Positions 45,625 through 59,775 of a DNA stretch of 64,000 bases are shown piece by piece. The first letter of the stretch is position 1. Every line of letters begins with the position of its first letter. A program made the translations under genes and the position numbers. This DNA comes from Paraphysomonas bandaiensis. Its lineage: Eukaryota > Protista > Chrysophyceae. The stretch covers positions 44,794 to 108,793 of the forward strand of contig CBFFRP010000180.1 of the NCBI GenBank assembly GCA_965644295.1, in the 5' to 3' direction. Under the pieces are notes generated by a model, which saw nothing but the letters and a program-made list of their open reading frames with translations, made no database searches and was not told the DNA's origin.

Positions 45625-48259
45625 ATGTTTCGCAGCGGGTCGTCGTTGTCGTCTTCATCACAGTCGATGTCGTCAGTACCTACAGCTGTAGAGGAGGTAT
45701 GGGAGAACCACACGTACATCCCTGTGAGGGGGTGGGGCGCTCCGTACTCGTCAGTGTCTCTCTTCTCAGATAGAGGAGGCGATCGCTGTCTGTCCAATGA
45801 GAAGTTTCCTGATGTGTCCGTGGTGTCCGGGTGGGAGTGGTCGGGTGACTGGACGATAGACACGTCTCATAGTTTCGGCCCCACTGACTCCGAGGGATGG
45901 TGCTATGGGGTCACCTTCGAGAGACTCCTCGCTGCGATAGCATCCAACTCAACATCTGCTGAGGATCAGTCGTCTTGTATGGTCAGAAGAAGGAGGTGGA
46001 TCAGGGAACGAGTATGTGTTAGTGAGGAGGCACTGGCAGAGCACCAGGAGCAGGTGGACTATCTGTTAGATGCGAGGGCTCGCATGGAAGAGGCTCTGCG
46101 GTGCAGAAAGGAAGACTTTGAGATGGTGTCGCGGTATGAGGCTGAAAGAGAGGCGGCATTTGCGAAGGCCTCTGAGAGGTATGTTGAGGACATGGATGAG
46201 GCTGTGGCGGATTTTAAGCGTTACAAATTTAAACTGGAAGCCATAAGAGACATGCTGGTGCAGCAGGCCAAGGCTGACCGGGAGTACGGAAATAAACTGG
46301 AGAGTCTCAGTGCTAAGTTTTTCCCAGGTGAGGAAGGTAGCAGAGGACGCAGGGGCAGCGAGGGAGAACCGGGGGAGTTCCTTAGTAGTGGCAGTGCTGT
46401 GGAAGAGGGTAAAGTGACAGGTGGCATTGAACCGGGGGCAGAATATCTTCTGAGAGGAATCTCTGTGGCTAACTCATCAGCTGCTGCTTTATGGATAGAT
46501 TTTAGCCGAACCGTTACCGAAAGCATGGTTAAAGGTACGTACTAATGTTATTTTGATAGTCTGCATCACGCGGTGTTAGATGTGGAAGAGGTCATCAGCG
46601 AGGTGGAGGCTTTTTCTAGATGGTGCTGGGAGATGGTTAATTACAGGTGGTTGTGTGCTGATTATATTTAATATATTGCAGTGTATATAGTGAAATAAAA
46701 GTACACTATGTATATCTCTAAAAGATATATGTTAGGGATAAGCTACGTCCAAATGAACTGAGAGTGAAGACAGCACTCGAGACGCTGAGGTCTGTCTATC
46801 GGATGGCTAACAAGAAAGGGCGAGCTGCGATGGCCGCCATGGATCAGCGTATATCTGGAGGCAGGAAGGAGAAGCAAGACCAACAGGAGGTGGAAGAAGC
46901 GACGGCTGCGGCTAGTGATGAAGAGTCAGCGTCTGATGTGTGGCTCTGCATTCGCACCTATCGGCAGGCTGTTGTGGATCTATCTCAAGGAACGAGCACG
47001 CTGCGCTCCAACCGAGCAACGTTCAGAGACAGACGTGAAGCTCTCCAACAGCGGGTTCGACTTGTTCTTGTTGGCACTATGCAACTGTTCGCACATGAGA
47101 GGGCACGTGTGATGGGGGAAGCAGCGGAGGTCTTGCTGAAGCAACGGAGCACTGTGGTGGACTGGAATGCCTCAAACATGAAACAGGCCGTGGCATATTC
47201 CCCTACAGGGGACACAGAGACATCAGGGCAGGAGGTGAAGCCAGATATTGCTCCGATAGGGGCGAGTCTCCCATCTGGCAACGATCAGATTTTACTACAA
47301 GCAATGATGCAGTACACCACTCTTGAGAAAGCCAGTAAGATGCTTTCGTATACTGCGGAAAAACGACCTTCTGACCCTGAAGAGCTGTCATTATGTTGTG
47401 ACCTTGTGTCAGTCAAGGTTGTAGCCACGGCTGATGGTGTAATGCACGTATTCAATGTAGATGGAAAGAAGTCTTCGTCCGACACACCACCGATAAGATC
47501 TGTTAGACTTGAGGTTTGTTTTCTTTATCCTGTTGTCTACCTTTTCAACCTTCTAATGTTTATATATATTGCCACAGGGTTGCAAAGTGGTTCAACAGTC
47601 AGCTTTGAATGGTGTGTTGGCGCACGCCCTGGAAGTACATCCGCCACGTGTATCCGGACTACTATCTTCAAGCAGGCGGTAATTTCTCTTTGTAATGTCG
47701 TCTACAATTTAACTTGTTTCATGATAGGTCGGAGAGCTTTGTGCTGGTACCACTGGACGAGGATGAGGCAGGAGCATGGGTTGACGTTCTATGTGATCCC
47801 TTATGTGGAGCATCACTACTGGTTCCCCTTGTAGCAGGCACCGTTCTCACTGCTGACTCGCGGCATAGAGCGTCCTCTATCTCGGCTAGCCTCCCATCCC
47901 TCGATTCTTCTTCTGCTCCGGTCAATGCAGAGGATCTCTTCGTTACAGTGCCTCCTGAAGCTCCGAAACCATCGCGGCGAGGATCTCGACACCAAGGTCG
48001 AAGAAACTCCACAGGACGGCGCACCTCTGCCCCAAGTGTTTCAACTATCAGTCTTATTGAGCAATCGAGTGCTGCCTTAGAAGAAGCTAAGGCTATGATT
48101 CAGTCGTCTCCCATACTTGAGAGAGATGGATCTCTAAGTGATGTAGAGCTCCGGCACGACGATAGTTGCTCTTCAGTTCCAGCTGATAGTAATTCCTGTG
48201 AACCAAGTGCCCAGAAAGATGAAGGTGAAGGTGAACACTCAGACTCCCTAAAGATCTGA
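45625..48259 (+). CDS. DysF/peroxin-domain protein with coiled-coil (F-BAR-like) and PH-like region; multi-exon
   Basis: EEVWENHTYIPVRGW, GWEWSGDWTID, DSEGWCYG..F, VRRRRWIR; QQAKADREYGNKL; VVATADGVMHVF...EAGAWVDVL. Confidence 0.75.
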
Positions 48260-49463
48260 CTTATTTATTGGTACAAGTGGTCTACATACTAATTTGATTC
48301 AGTAGCTGTATATTTGCTATGTTGTGTCGTTTATATTCGTTTACACACAAGAAGGGAGAAGGGAAGCCGGGGGCGCTTGAGCCTCTTAGGCTCTCTTCCT
48401 GTGCCAGAAGGGCACTTCGTATCGTAATAAATCTTTCCTTTTTCACTCTAGAATTATATAAAACAAAGTTTTATTTATTCTTCCATTCCACTCTATACCA
48501 ATATTTTGTGATGATTCTGATTTCTGATGTGAGCCATTTTACTGGAAAATGTGAGTTGCAGGTAGAATAACGAAAGATGTGCTATTGTGGTAGTTTAGAC
48601 CCCATATATGGTTGAGGATGTTGAGTTATGCGATTGGAGAGCTGTAGTTCAAAGATATTCGACTTATGACTGTTTTAATGGAAGAATACAGAAGTGGTTG
48701 GCTAACTAATGTCATGATAGCAGTCACAGTAGTGAAACTGAAATATATTGACCGTATAAGATCGTGATATCTAAGATTGTGTGGAATAGACGTATAGATT
48801 GGTAGTTGAGACAACATGAATTGGCGAATGACAAGTGATATTGATCATAAGTTTATTGCACGTTACTTTACGTTTCTAACTTCTAATCTCAGCATAGAGT
48901 GAAAGTATTGTTCAGTTATGTCATTTTCTAACAGAGGAGAAGGCTAGATTGAGAAGTATACGGCGGTGTACCTGAGTTTGTATATACGGCATTCATAAGA
49001 TGCTTACTCAGATGCTTCTCTTTACAAAGACGCCGACGACAGCAAGACGGTCTGATTCATAGAGAAGTGGACTTAGTGATTATGTGGCGTGATCTCTCGT
49101 TGATTATGACCGTCTTGCTGTCCTCGGCGTCTTTGTAAATAGAAGCATCGGTCTTCTCATAGCCTCAGAGTCTCTCAGTATCTGTCTGTACGCACCCCCG
49201 TACAGATATAGAGTGGAGTATGTCGTATCGGCAGTTAGCTTATTTTTCGGAAATAAATTGAGGCAAAATTCCTCTATGCTACTGTAGTACAACTACGGCA
49301 GGAATACAGATAATTGTTGTCTCAATATTAGAGGCATCTCTGAACAAAAAAACAAAGTATGCCGATACGAGAAAAAAAAGGGATTTTGGGAAATACCTGT
49401 ATATTCTTCCCACCCTTACCTTAAAATTAGACTGTTTTTTTCTTAAAATCCTGCTTTTGATTA

Positions 49464-51206
49464 TTGTTGTACAGTATGTATTGCAAAATCCCACAGCATC
49501 CTCTCAACAACAGAACAAACATCCATCTACTGAACAATGCGAGCCGAGTGATGAAGCTCAGGACCACCCCGTGCAGTACGCTGGCATTAGCTTGTCGACG
49601 CAAAAAGTCTTGTCGATTTCTTTCCATTGACACCAACCTCATCAAGGGGAACCTGGGTAGGTTATCCCCGGAAGCCAGCGACGACCAGTCCGATTTCCTC
49701 GAGGGCTTGGCGAACTGCCGAGTTGATCCCATTGGGGATGGCATCGATGTAATTCATATTGATAACAAGTTGGGAGTGCCATGGGAATGCTTGGGCCCAC
49801 AGAAGTTGTTTGTAAGGGAGTTTTATCCTGACTTGTTGAGAGAAATAAGGAAAAGGAAGAGAAGTGTTCTCATTGGAAACCCTGGGATTGGCAAATCCTT
49901 TTTCCAGTATTATTACCTGGCTCGAATACTGAATCCGTCTTTGTTCGGACCCCTTCCTCCTGACTGCTACGGCTCCACCACCCCGCCGAAGATAGTCATC
50001 CGCCAGGAGGGCACTGCTGCCATGACTATATTCGACATTGCCAATCGCCAAGCAGAGAGAGTTGATGGTTGTCCAGTTTCACTTCTGGACTGTTTTGATC
50101 CAGAAACGTCACTATATTTGATGGAACCTGACATATCTGTGGAGGAACCTTATGCTGGAGGCCTTCGCATTCCCACTTTGGCCACCGTACCTCCGAATCT
50201 GGCCCGATATAAGGAATTCTGCAAGAACGGAGGAGCAGCACTGTACATGCCTGTTTTCACTCTTCCGGAGTTGCTTGCGATTGGGAAGTATTTGCTGGAG
50301 AACAAGCATGTGCCGGAGTTGCTGCAGCCTGAGTATTCTTCTGAGCAGATCACGAAGCGCTTTCACCAATTTGGGGGTATTTTCCGCCATGTGCTGCCGG
50401 TATCTCTCACTTACCTTAATATGTGTCGACGTAGTCAGTCCAAGGCAATACGTTCGTGTAATGCACATGCACTCCTGGTCTCCGGCGATGTTGAGGATGC
50501 GGACGTCAGTCATTTCATCATGCAATATGACGTAGAGAGGAATGGCGAATTCTCCTTTCGCAGATATCGCTTGAACTTTGTGAACAAATCCGTCGCATCT
50601 CAAGTTCAAGATAAGCTTAACAATGGCTCTCTGGACGACAGGAGATCAGCGCTGATTCGAAATGATGAGAAAGGATTTATGGCGGATGCATCTGCTAAGA
50701 TCTATGAAAGTGTCATTGCGGATCAATTGACATCTGCTTCTGGCGTGCAATGGAGAAAACGGGAAGTGATGGCCAGCTCAGAGGGGAAAGTAAGTGAATG
50801 GTCCGATTTCTCGTTGAGGTTGAATGAAGCGGTTAAGGGGCACCCTCCTCCGTTCGAGAAAATGCGGCCACTGGTGCTGTACGTGTCTTCGAATCCGACC
50901 TCTCCATTGGTTGAATACATGTACAAGACGGAGCAGGGGGAATTGGTTATGTTTCAGGTCACCAGAAACAAGTCCGCAAAGAAGATTATCAAGGGGAGTG
51001 CTTTGGAGCAGTTATTGGACAAGATTAAACTTCCCGTCGACAAGGTATCGCTGCTGAGGTTGGTTCTCATCCCATTGCCGTCGCTGGCACAAAGCGCACG
51101 ATTCGAAGTAGCCGAGGAGGACAAGATTTTAGTAAATGCAGCGCTGGAAAATGGTTATGAAGTCTGGCATATTCCCAGTGATTATTTGAGCTATTTCGCG
51201 GAATGA
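49464..51206 (+). CDS. Crinkler/RHS-type P-loop NTPase plus restriction-endonuclease-like effector (start uncertain)
   Basis: LFVREFY, VLIGNPGIGKSFFQYY, LYMPVFTLPEL, RFHQFGGIFRHV, VMFQVT. Confidence 0.78.
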   Translation: MLYSMYCKIPQHPLNNRTNIHLLNNASRVMKLRTTPCSTLALACRRKKSCRFLSIDTNLIKGNLGRLSPEASDDQSDFLEGLANCRVDPIGDGIDVIHIDNKLGVPWECLGPQKLFVREFYPDLLREIRKRKRSVLIGNPGIGKSFFQYYYLARILNPSLFGPLPPDCYGSTTPPKIVIRQEGTAAMTIFDIANRQAERVDGCPVSLLDCFDPETSLYLMEPDISVEEPYAGGLRIPTLATVPPNLARYKEFCKNGGAALYMPVFTLPELLAIGKYLLENKHVPELLQPEYSSEQITKRFHQFGGIFRHVLPVSLTYLNMCRRSQSKAIRSCNAHALLVSGDVEDADVSHFIMQYDVERNGEFSFRRYRLNFVNKSVASQVQDKLNNGSLDDRRSALIRNDEKGFMADASAKIYESVIADQLTSASGVQWRKREVMASSEGKVSEWSDFSLRLNEAVKGHPPPFEKMRPLVLYVSSNPTSPLVEYMYKTEQGELVMFQVTRNKSAKKIIKGSALEQLLDKIKLPVDKVSLLRLVLIPLPSLAQSARFEVAEEDKILVNAALENGYEVWHIPSDYLSYFAE

Positions 51207-53581
51207 GAAGGAACTATAGCAGTATTAGTGACAGTGACTTTTAAGTCTTGTGCCATTATCATCACAGCAAGTGCACCTGCCTGCCTGGGCTGAGGGGTCC
51301 ACAGTAACCTGTGTATGTGTATCTCATACCTATCATGCTAATGACGTTGTCTACTTATTACTGTCATACATAAGAATAGCAAGTTATTATATGGTATACA
51401 CGTCTCTTGTGAGTCAACTAATAATCAACTTTGTACCACGCACTAGCTACTTCTCTCATGCATACATAATAGGTATTATCCGGAATCCGCCCGGACCCTT
51501 AATATCAAATAATCTCCCTTCTGCCCCCTGCTTTTTGCTTTTAATAGCGATGCGTTGTTTAGCGCTTAGAGGTACGAGGGTTTTAAGTGCTTAAACGATT
51601 AAACCCAAGGTTGCTTAAATCTGCCTTGCATTGTTGCCCGCTTATTAGCCTAGTTTTACTAATTACTAATAATAAAGAGAAGGCACTGGGACTCTGTAAT
51701 CTGTAACTCCCCATTCAGAGGACAAATAAAATTATACTGTGTGCATGCTCACTGCTACAAACAATCCACATGGAACTCATCTAGAATGAAATACGCATTT
51801 TGACGCGCGCGCAGGTTTTTCCCAGCCTGAGCTCTGAGATAGAGTCGGCGCGTCATCAATATATTGCAATCATATTCAATCACTGTATATTATATTATTG
51901 TAAAATAATAAATATATCTACTTTGATAAATATCCATGACTATTAATATCATAACAACAACATGCTCAATATCGTAACAATACATGTATCCTACTAACAA
52001 TAAGGCATCGATATCATATAGATACGCATCATCTCTGTCTTATCCCATCCATCCTTTACTTCACCCAGATTTACTCAATCCATATCTACCTACCACTGCA
52101 AGGATTACAGCATAACATTTCTATTCGCTTACAAAACCGATATGTCTAATGTATTTCATCATCACCCCAAGATTATCACCCATATAAGCATTCCCATATA
52201 TATCACAGTATATATCGCCCACACACTCAATATCATAGCATATAGTCACACATCTGACATCTCAATGCACCTCATCTAGCCATTAGACAGTGCTAATAAC
52301 CACTATAGCATATCAATACACCCATAGTAAGCATTCATACAAACAATGCTATAGTTCATAGACAACACACATAGTCATTCCCAGATACATTGGTTCTTAT
52401 CAGAACTCAGCAATGCACATAGGATATAATAGTGCCAATATACACAATAATAGTTAATACTTTTAGCTAACAAGACAGCTGCAGACAGACACCATTTCGA
52501 ATGTTACTATTTTTTATGTATGTAGAATGTAGAAAACATGAAATAGAATGGTTGTGCATGTTCTGTGATATTAATTACTACTACGATATATCATACTGGG
52601 TACTGAATCCTAGTATTCTAGTATTATTACATCTTGAAAAGTCGCATCTCATTCCAAATTAGTCCACTATTTCCTATTATATATATATTTATATTATATA
52701 TATGCGCCGATTGGGACGCAACGCGCGCGCTTCAGTCCTCATCCTTGGAACTCATCACACTAGCTGCTCTTATTGCTTATATCTATTAATTATTAGCTAG
52801 CTAAAGCAATTCTGATAAATATCTTGAGGCGCACCTGTCTAGCTAGCTCTCACTTTTTTGTTGGTGTGCAATGAAATAATGGCTATTGTGCGACGCCTTT
52901 CTGGCTTAAATAGTATTATTCCGGCAGCTTATTAATTAATTTAGCTAGTATATAAGATATGGTATATATGATATGTTATATATGATATGTTATATATGAT
53001 AAAACAATATATCACGTTATCTACTAACACTCATTTCTAGTACGATCTTATATCGTCACTATCTTCTTGTATGGTCAATATATATTCAGTTCTCATTACT
53101 TCTCATAATACAGTTAACCACTACTGTATTCTCCAGTAATCGTCATAATTCCAATATCTTAGAATTACAGCTTTCAATTACTCCAACAGCAGAACTCAAC
53201 AAACAGCAGCCAGGGGTCCTACTTTTCAAGCGGCCCTTTTCTTCTTCTTAGCGACCCTAAGCCTCCGCCCCATACTGCCCTTTCAGTGACCCTTCTAAGT
53301 GCTTTCAAAGCTGTTCAAAGCACTTCTAATTTCTAATGCCAATCCCCGACAGGAAAATTTTGCCTCCTATCATTCGCTATACCTACTTCGTGTAGCCAGG
53401 CATAAGAAATTGCTAAGTGAGATTACGTATAATCATAATGTCACAACAATTATTACGAAGGAGTCAGTTGAGAAGCAAAGTGTTTCGCGACGTTTCGCGA
53501 TAAATAATAATCTATAATATTACTCAAAATATATATCAGCAGAGTGCTAAAAATAGAATTGCACTGAATTAACTCAAACGC

Positions 53582-54346
53582 TTACGGAACACAAGAACTG
53601 CAGTATGTCTTCATGAGAATGTTAACAATGGTGGCATCTAAGGCCTCATGAGGTTGCACTGAGAAATGGATAGCCTCATCCATTTGTAGCAGTTCGAGAA
53701 TGTGATTGACATGCACGACGTGGGCCCCCAGGAACGAAGTCACTATTTTAGAGCCTATATTTTCATAAAGCAAATCTATTCCTGTGCTTACTCCAGAAAG
53801 GCCACAACCGTTGAACACCGGCGCCCCAGACATACCCATCACTTGCCCACCACTGGTCTTGAGGTACGTGGAGATAAAAGAACCCACCGGAACGTCTTCA
53901 GTATCCAACTCCTTTCAACACTTCCTGAGAAACTGAATATACAACACCAGTCCATATGTGAAGATTAGCTCCCGTCTCATCACGGCCAATGGCAAACAAA
54001 TTGTCCCCAATAGATGCCCTCGCCACTGACTCTTCACTCACGTTAATGAAGCATGTCAACTTTAGGTCAGGATAAGCAGACGCATTCAATATTCCAATGT
54101 CGACATACGCATGCTGTAATTTTTCGCTTTCAAAATGTCCAGCTGAGGCGTTATGACATACTTCACTCCTTCATCTAGTGCACCAAACACAGTGACAGAA
54201 TTCTTCAACTTCATAACACAAGAAGGCGACATTTTGGAGACAGACTTCTTTACAGACAGATGAGTTTCGTCTCTCATTAATGAGGAAAGCTCAACAGCCA
54301 CCGCTTCTACTATAGAAGCATCTGTAGAAGCATCTGAAGGCCGCAT
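53582..54346 (-). pseudogene. Frameshifted trypsin-like serine protease gene
   Basis: GMSGAPVFNG catalytic-Ser motif; coding region broken across three frames. Confidence 0.55.
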
Positions 54347-55129
54347 GAGAGCATCTGTAGCTAAAGGCCTATCTAGCTATAGATGCTCTCATACGGCGTT
54401 CAGACGCTTCTACAGATGCTTCTATAGATGCTTCTATAGATGCTCTCATAGACTTCTATTCATCTCAACATTCTTCAAATTTGTTTGATTCTTCCATCTC
54501 TCAAATCAGTTGCCGGTAGCTAGTATACCGTATAGGCAGGCTACACACCTCCAGCAGTGTTGAGCGTATGGGCAGTCAGCATCTTATTATTCGGAAATAA
54601 ATTGAAGCAAAAACCTTCTATAGCACCTACATACAACTACAGCTGGAATACAGATAATTGTTGTCTCAATATTAGAGGCATTTTTGAACAAAAATACACA
54701 AAGGATGCCAATGAAGGTCCGCTTTACGAACACTGCTGGTCGAACAGAACGGTAGTATGTGTATTTCTGTGTATACTTGTATATGGTGCTGTATGGTGAA
54801 CTGCCAGATGGACTGTGTGTGTATGTCAACTAACGTTCATCTCTAGATGTTGCTTTAAACTGTCAATAGTGCCGTTAAACAAGATGATCTCTACACCAGA
54901 AGTCGATATCTATCTACTTGACCGTCATATTCTCATCAACCCCTCACTCCACTAATGCGATGCCTGTTCAGAGTCTCACAGACCCCCCTCACGTACATAC
55001 GACACTAACATAGACGTGTGCCAGTCAATGATCTTCTGCCGTTTGCTCCATTGCATCTATTCCGTTTACGCTCATTCCTCTGGCGGCCCTTCATGTAATC
55101 GTAGAGTGTCGTATTGACATTTCTCCGAT

Positions 55130-55900
55130 GCGCATATCATCGAGAAGAGCGAGCGGGACTAGCAGCCGCGAATATACTCATACAAAAAGGTATAAAAACT
55201 TTGCTGAATAACGCATCTCGTTGTCGTGGTAGTAGTTTATTAATGTCCTCCTCTGCTGCTCCGATCTCGTTCATCTCAATGGCTTTGGAGACTAGTGCGT
55301 TCATAACACGAACATTGACTCCAATTTACCCGGTCAGTTCTAGATAAATCGAAGCCTTTGATTCTTCTGTAGGGCAAGATATTTCTATGAGCTTCTCCCC
55401 CCCACCATAGATCCCACAACATTTTGACGTGACCTTTCGGAAAACAAAAGCCCTCTGGAAATAAATGATGGCGCCCTCCCCAAAACTGCAATGCAGCGTT
55501 CTCTCGTGATGTGGATTGCTCTTCTTGTGTAGGAATTCGCTCTGCATTCTGTGATGTACATCTTGTTCTAATTTCTGCTAAAAGTGAATCACATAAACTG
55601 TCGAGGTGGGCACTTGTTACAGGCACCGCGCCATTAACCGTAAAATTATCTAGCATTTTCTGACTTAATGAATCCGGTAAAGTAGTATTCATTTCTTTCA
55701 TATCACTAGATAAGCTCCCAACAGTTTTTCCAACGACGAAAAACGATTAGCTAGATTCACATAGGGTGGAACACCAGTTGCATTCATTCTTGACACATCA
55801 TTATGAAACACACCAGTTAAAACCTTCGGTCGAAGACTATTAGGATTCAGCTTAATACATGATTGTATCTGTGAGTTATAATGTTCAATGAAATATACCA
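55130..55900 (-). mobile_element. Crypton (CryptonS-like) remnant, C-terminal domain
   Basis: ATGVPPYV, NFTVNGAVPVT, WGGRHHLFPEGFCFP...LWDLWWGG....ILPYRRI; frameshifted. Confidence 0.7.
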
Positions 55901-56099
55901 TGAACTGAATTAGAGAGAGTATCTGTCGAAGATACATGATCGTCATCATAACGTCGTCATTATCAGTTACACTTCTAACTATTCCGTTGTGCATGATAGT
56001 ACGTTCTATATTGTTATTCATAATTTTACTCTATCGTGTTCATTACTTACACTCTAATAATCATAACATTGTTTTACTAATAAGCTTAAATCTTATTTT

Positions 56100-57045
56100 G
56101 GTAGCGAGATGTCAGTTAAAGTTACAAGTTACGACTCAACCGACTCGGATTCAACAACCGAAAAACAGAAAGACTCAATGCCAAAGTTCGACGCGAAGAA
56201 CTTCTCCAAGTGGCAGAAGAAGTGCCGTGCATGGTTTTACAGAAAGCCCAAGATCGTTTATACCCTACAAAACGATCATCCAACTGAACCTGAAGAAGGA
56301 GAGATTTCAGATGACGAAGATTATCATTCTCGTGACCGTCACTCTGATCTCTCATCAGTTCAGTGTTGCGTTAAGTTGCAAGTGAGTGTCTTCATCTTTT
56401 CATCCATCTGTCGCTGTCGTTCATCAGGATGCGCTTGTGATCATGGTTTGTCTGAGTGAGTCTGCTCACAGTGATGCTGGTGGAGGGATGATGCTGGTAG
56501 ACTAATTCAGAGGTGCTGAGCACGAATCTATCGTCATATTATTGTATTTCATTGAGTATCAACAGCTATAGACAGCATGATGACATCGTATCACTCAACT
56601 CACATGCATGCATTAGCTGCAGTATGAACCCAACCTGACGACACATGCATGTATGTTACGTACTGACAACACTCTGATTGTTTATACGTGTGTATTATTC
56701 AACTGCAGTCTACGATATCAGTGTCTATGAGTGATGTCTATGAGTGAGATCAAACCACAAGTCGTACACTTCACAATCAGAATGAGATGAGAGAAAATCT
56801 GATGACACATAATGGAGGCACTACCTCAGCGATCTCGTTCCTCTATTTTCAATATTTCAAGAGCGTTGCGTAGGCTCACTTCGAAGAACTAATCAGTGTC
56901 AAAGAGAACGATCTTCGATTACGAATCAGTGAGCCGTATGTGCTAAGTATCCTACCAGCAATCTAACACGCTTGAAGAAGTTTGGGTTATCTTAGTGTTG
57001 TGAGTTTTGAGATGAGTGTGAATAGATGTGTTTCTGGGCGGGGAT
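56100..57045 (+). mobile_element. Heavily deleted Ty1/Copia-like retrotransposon remnant
   Basis: TGGTAGCGAG PBS-like site, gag-like MPKFDAKNFSKWQKK, G-rich PPT-like GGGCGGGGA near 57036. Confidence 0.4.
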
Positions 57046-57465
57046 ATATATCATGATTTATTCCTTTTTGCTTAGCAATAGTGGAACATGGTGGTGCTGA
57101 GCAAGATGGCTATCAAGTTGAGAGTGATATGTGATACCAGGTGTATGCAATGCGTATTATCAGAGGATGGTAAGAACATAATATTTCAATAATATTGTTA
57201 GGTAGTGTTCCATTGATAATATTAATGGAGTTTTTGGAACCGCCCTAACAATAGCATTGCAATACAGTAGTATCATTATTCAGTAAGTAAACACACCCGT
57301 AGATTCTATTTTAGTATCAGTCATTGAGATCACAAGATAGCCAAACCCACTACGCTGACCAGTGACCAGCAAAGAGTAGCTACTGCTTAGCTAATCACTA
57401 TTTGGTTCAAAATCACCCACTGAGCCATCATTGGCCACCATACTCATTAATGGCCCATTAATGGT

Positions 57466-57975
57466 AGTCCAGTTCCTGGCAATTATAATGGCATTAATGA
57501 AAAAAGACCCGGCAATTATAATATCTAACTTAAAGTAGATAACACCACTCATATAATAGATAGTGTTGTGCTCCCTTAATTACTAATTTTTAGTTAAATA
57601 GCAGACTACAAATTTTAACTACTTCTCGCTCTCTACTGGCACATCAGGATCTTCTTGAAGGGCTTCATGGAGGGTATAAACATCTCACAACATGTAATTG
57701 GCTCGTAGGAATAGCAACGATTCTAGACGATATGGATTCATGTTTCTACGCTCAGGTGTCATAATCAACTTTGCACGACTAAAGAGCCTCTCAACAACAT
57801 TAGATTGTGCTTCAATATGAAGCAAGCAGCGGTAGTTAGACTCATAGGTACCAAGTCGAGCCCTCTTGGTAACCTCAGCGCTGTCTAGAACACGCTGTGC
57901 AAAATCAGTTCCTTCACTCTCGTCCTCGTTATTTCTGTCGGGTACACCAACCTCCATGGACGAATCCAGTTGCAA
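57466..57975 (-). mobile_element. hAT transposase 3' remnant
   Basis: SNVVERLFSRAKLIMTPERRNMNPYRLESLLFLRAN dimerisation motif. Confidence 0.75.
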
Positions 57976-59419
57976 ATGTCTAATTTTTTTTCTATGAAGT
58001 ATGTCACTATGTAAAGCCGTGGGCTTTTATAACACCCTTGTCTCATGTTTAATGATATAATATTATGATAATGACACTGACTAATATAACTCCAATACAA
58101 CTATGATATTCATTTAAGGCATGTAGCTGGTTTAATATAGGAAACGAATGTAGTAAATGTTTATTATTATATTATGAGAGAACTGTGAGGAAGAAGAGTA
58201 CTAGGACTTGCCCTCGAGCACACAATTTCGGTTTTGAGCAATGGATTTCTACTCACTGGTATACACCTATATTCATATGGTAGTCGGTGTCGGTGTTATA
58301 GCGATTTAAGTAGCTCGTTGGACTCAGCTATACGACTATTTGCTGTTATCACACTCCATCAATTTTCTCCGGAAGGTGAACAAATTGGAAAGGGGCCTTA
58401 GGCATATGGCGAGAGGACGGTATGGGTGATATATGATACAGATATGAAGGTGTAACTTTCGTTGGGAATGTTAATCGAAATCGATATGTGTTGATGCATT
58501 TAACGTTTGGAATGAGATTGAGTTTTATCATGAAATGAGCTGGCGAATTTTTAGTGACTCGAAAACTAGTGTTTTCTGTTTTTTTGGGACTCTATAATTG
58601 GTGATTTCTTGCAAGACTCGGGAATTGGTTGTTTTGGGGTCTTTGTAGCTCAGAAATCGGAGATTTTACTGTAAGATTCCAAAACCGGTGGTTTTGGGGT
58701 TTTCGGTCCCGAAATCGGGGATTTTGGTTTTTTCGGGACTAGTAAACTGGCGGTTTTCTGTAAGGACGTTTTCTAGGCTTATTTCAGTTCGCATTTTGGG
58801 TACAATGGATATGGGACATGAACTGTATTCAGTGTACTGCATGTATGGTCATATTTATTGAACGGTGCTGGTTGTTTGCTTGGCATGTGTACTATGGGGG
58901 TCTTAGACTAGGAATCTGTCTTCTCACTTTTTTATCTAACTAATCATAGCTAAGTTAATTGATCTACCTTTTGGGAGCTTAAGGTTGCGAGATACTTGGG
59001 AGCTTGTATATCTGGCTGTGATAAGTTAAATAAGCATTCTGTTTTGTTGTTTCGATAAACAACCATTTCACATATCTTTTCAGTGATCTTAGGTTGCAAG
59101 ACCTGAGTTGTTTACAGTAAATTTACTCACGATAAAATCACATAAGTGAAGAATAGTTTTAAGGAAATAGATTTTTTAAATTATGTCTGATTCGGGCAGT
59201 CCCATTGTCTCTTCCGAAATGGATGAAATCAAAGGAATGTTGAGAGTAATCGCTAATGAGTTAGGAGAGGTTGCAAAGTTGTGTGCAACGACCGCTGGTA
59301 GGGTGGACCACCTTGAGACAAGTGTGATGTTTCTGAGAACTAGAAACACGTGAATGACAAAAAGCTCTTACTAAAAACGTTTTAACAGATTTAGAGTGTA
59401 CGCCAGCGGGCTGCTACAC

Positions 59420-59775
59420 TGTTAAGTCTACCAGCGGGTAGAACTCCTCCACACAAACGCAAACCGCGAATGAGCTTAATTGAATCGTTATTAAAACGTT
59501 ATATAGAAAAGAATGAGTAACACAGCTATACATCTCTACAGTGTAACACACACATACACATACATCATGTTCAGCATTCACTTCAACACACAACACACCC
59601 GATTAGAAGTATTTTATCCGGTATGTATGTACAGCTTCAACACTCTGAGAGTAGAAACTGAAAATAAAACTGAAAACTGAAAATACTAAAACACTCTGTA
59701 CGTGTTAGAGAGTACAACAGAAGAGTAACATATCATACTACTAATAACGCAGTAAGTAACCAGTACTGCGTGACA
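59420..59775 (-). repeat. 3' LTR of Gypsy-like element
   Basis: On the minus strand, PPT GGGGGGAAAAGAGGGTAG abuts TGTCAC at 59775; distal ...TTAACA end at 59420 is tentative. Confidence 0.6.

Noticed and set aside
24797-45773. Long MYVC / YIHT repeat ORFs
   Set aside because: Translations of stop-free (ATAC)n microsatellites, not proteins
51700-53250. Possible further decayed retroelement
   Set aside because: Compositional skew and short repeats only; no motif or terminus I can support
58560-58780. Degenerate GT-rich repeats (GAAATCGG.GATTTT)
   Set aside because: Too short and irregular to assign; probably transposon subterminal debris
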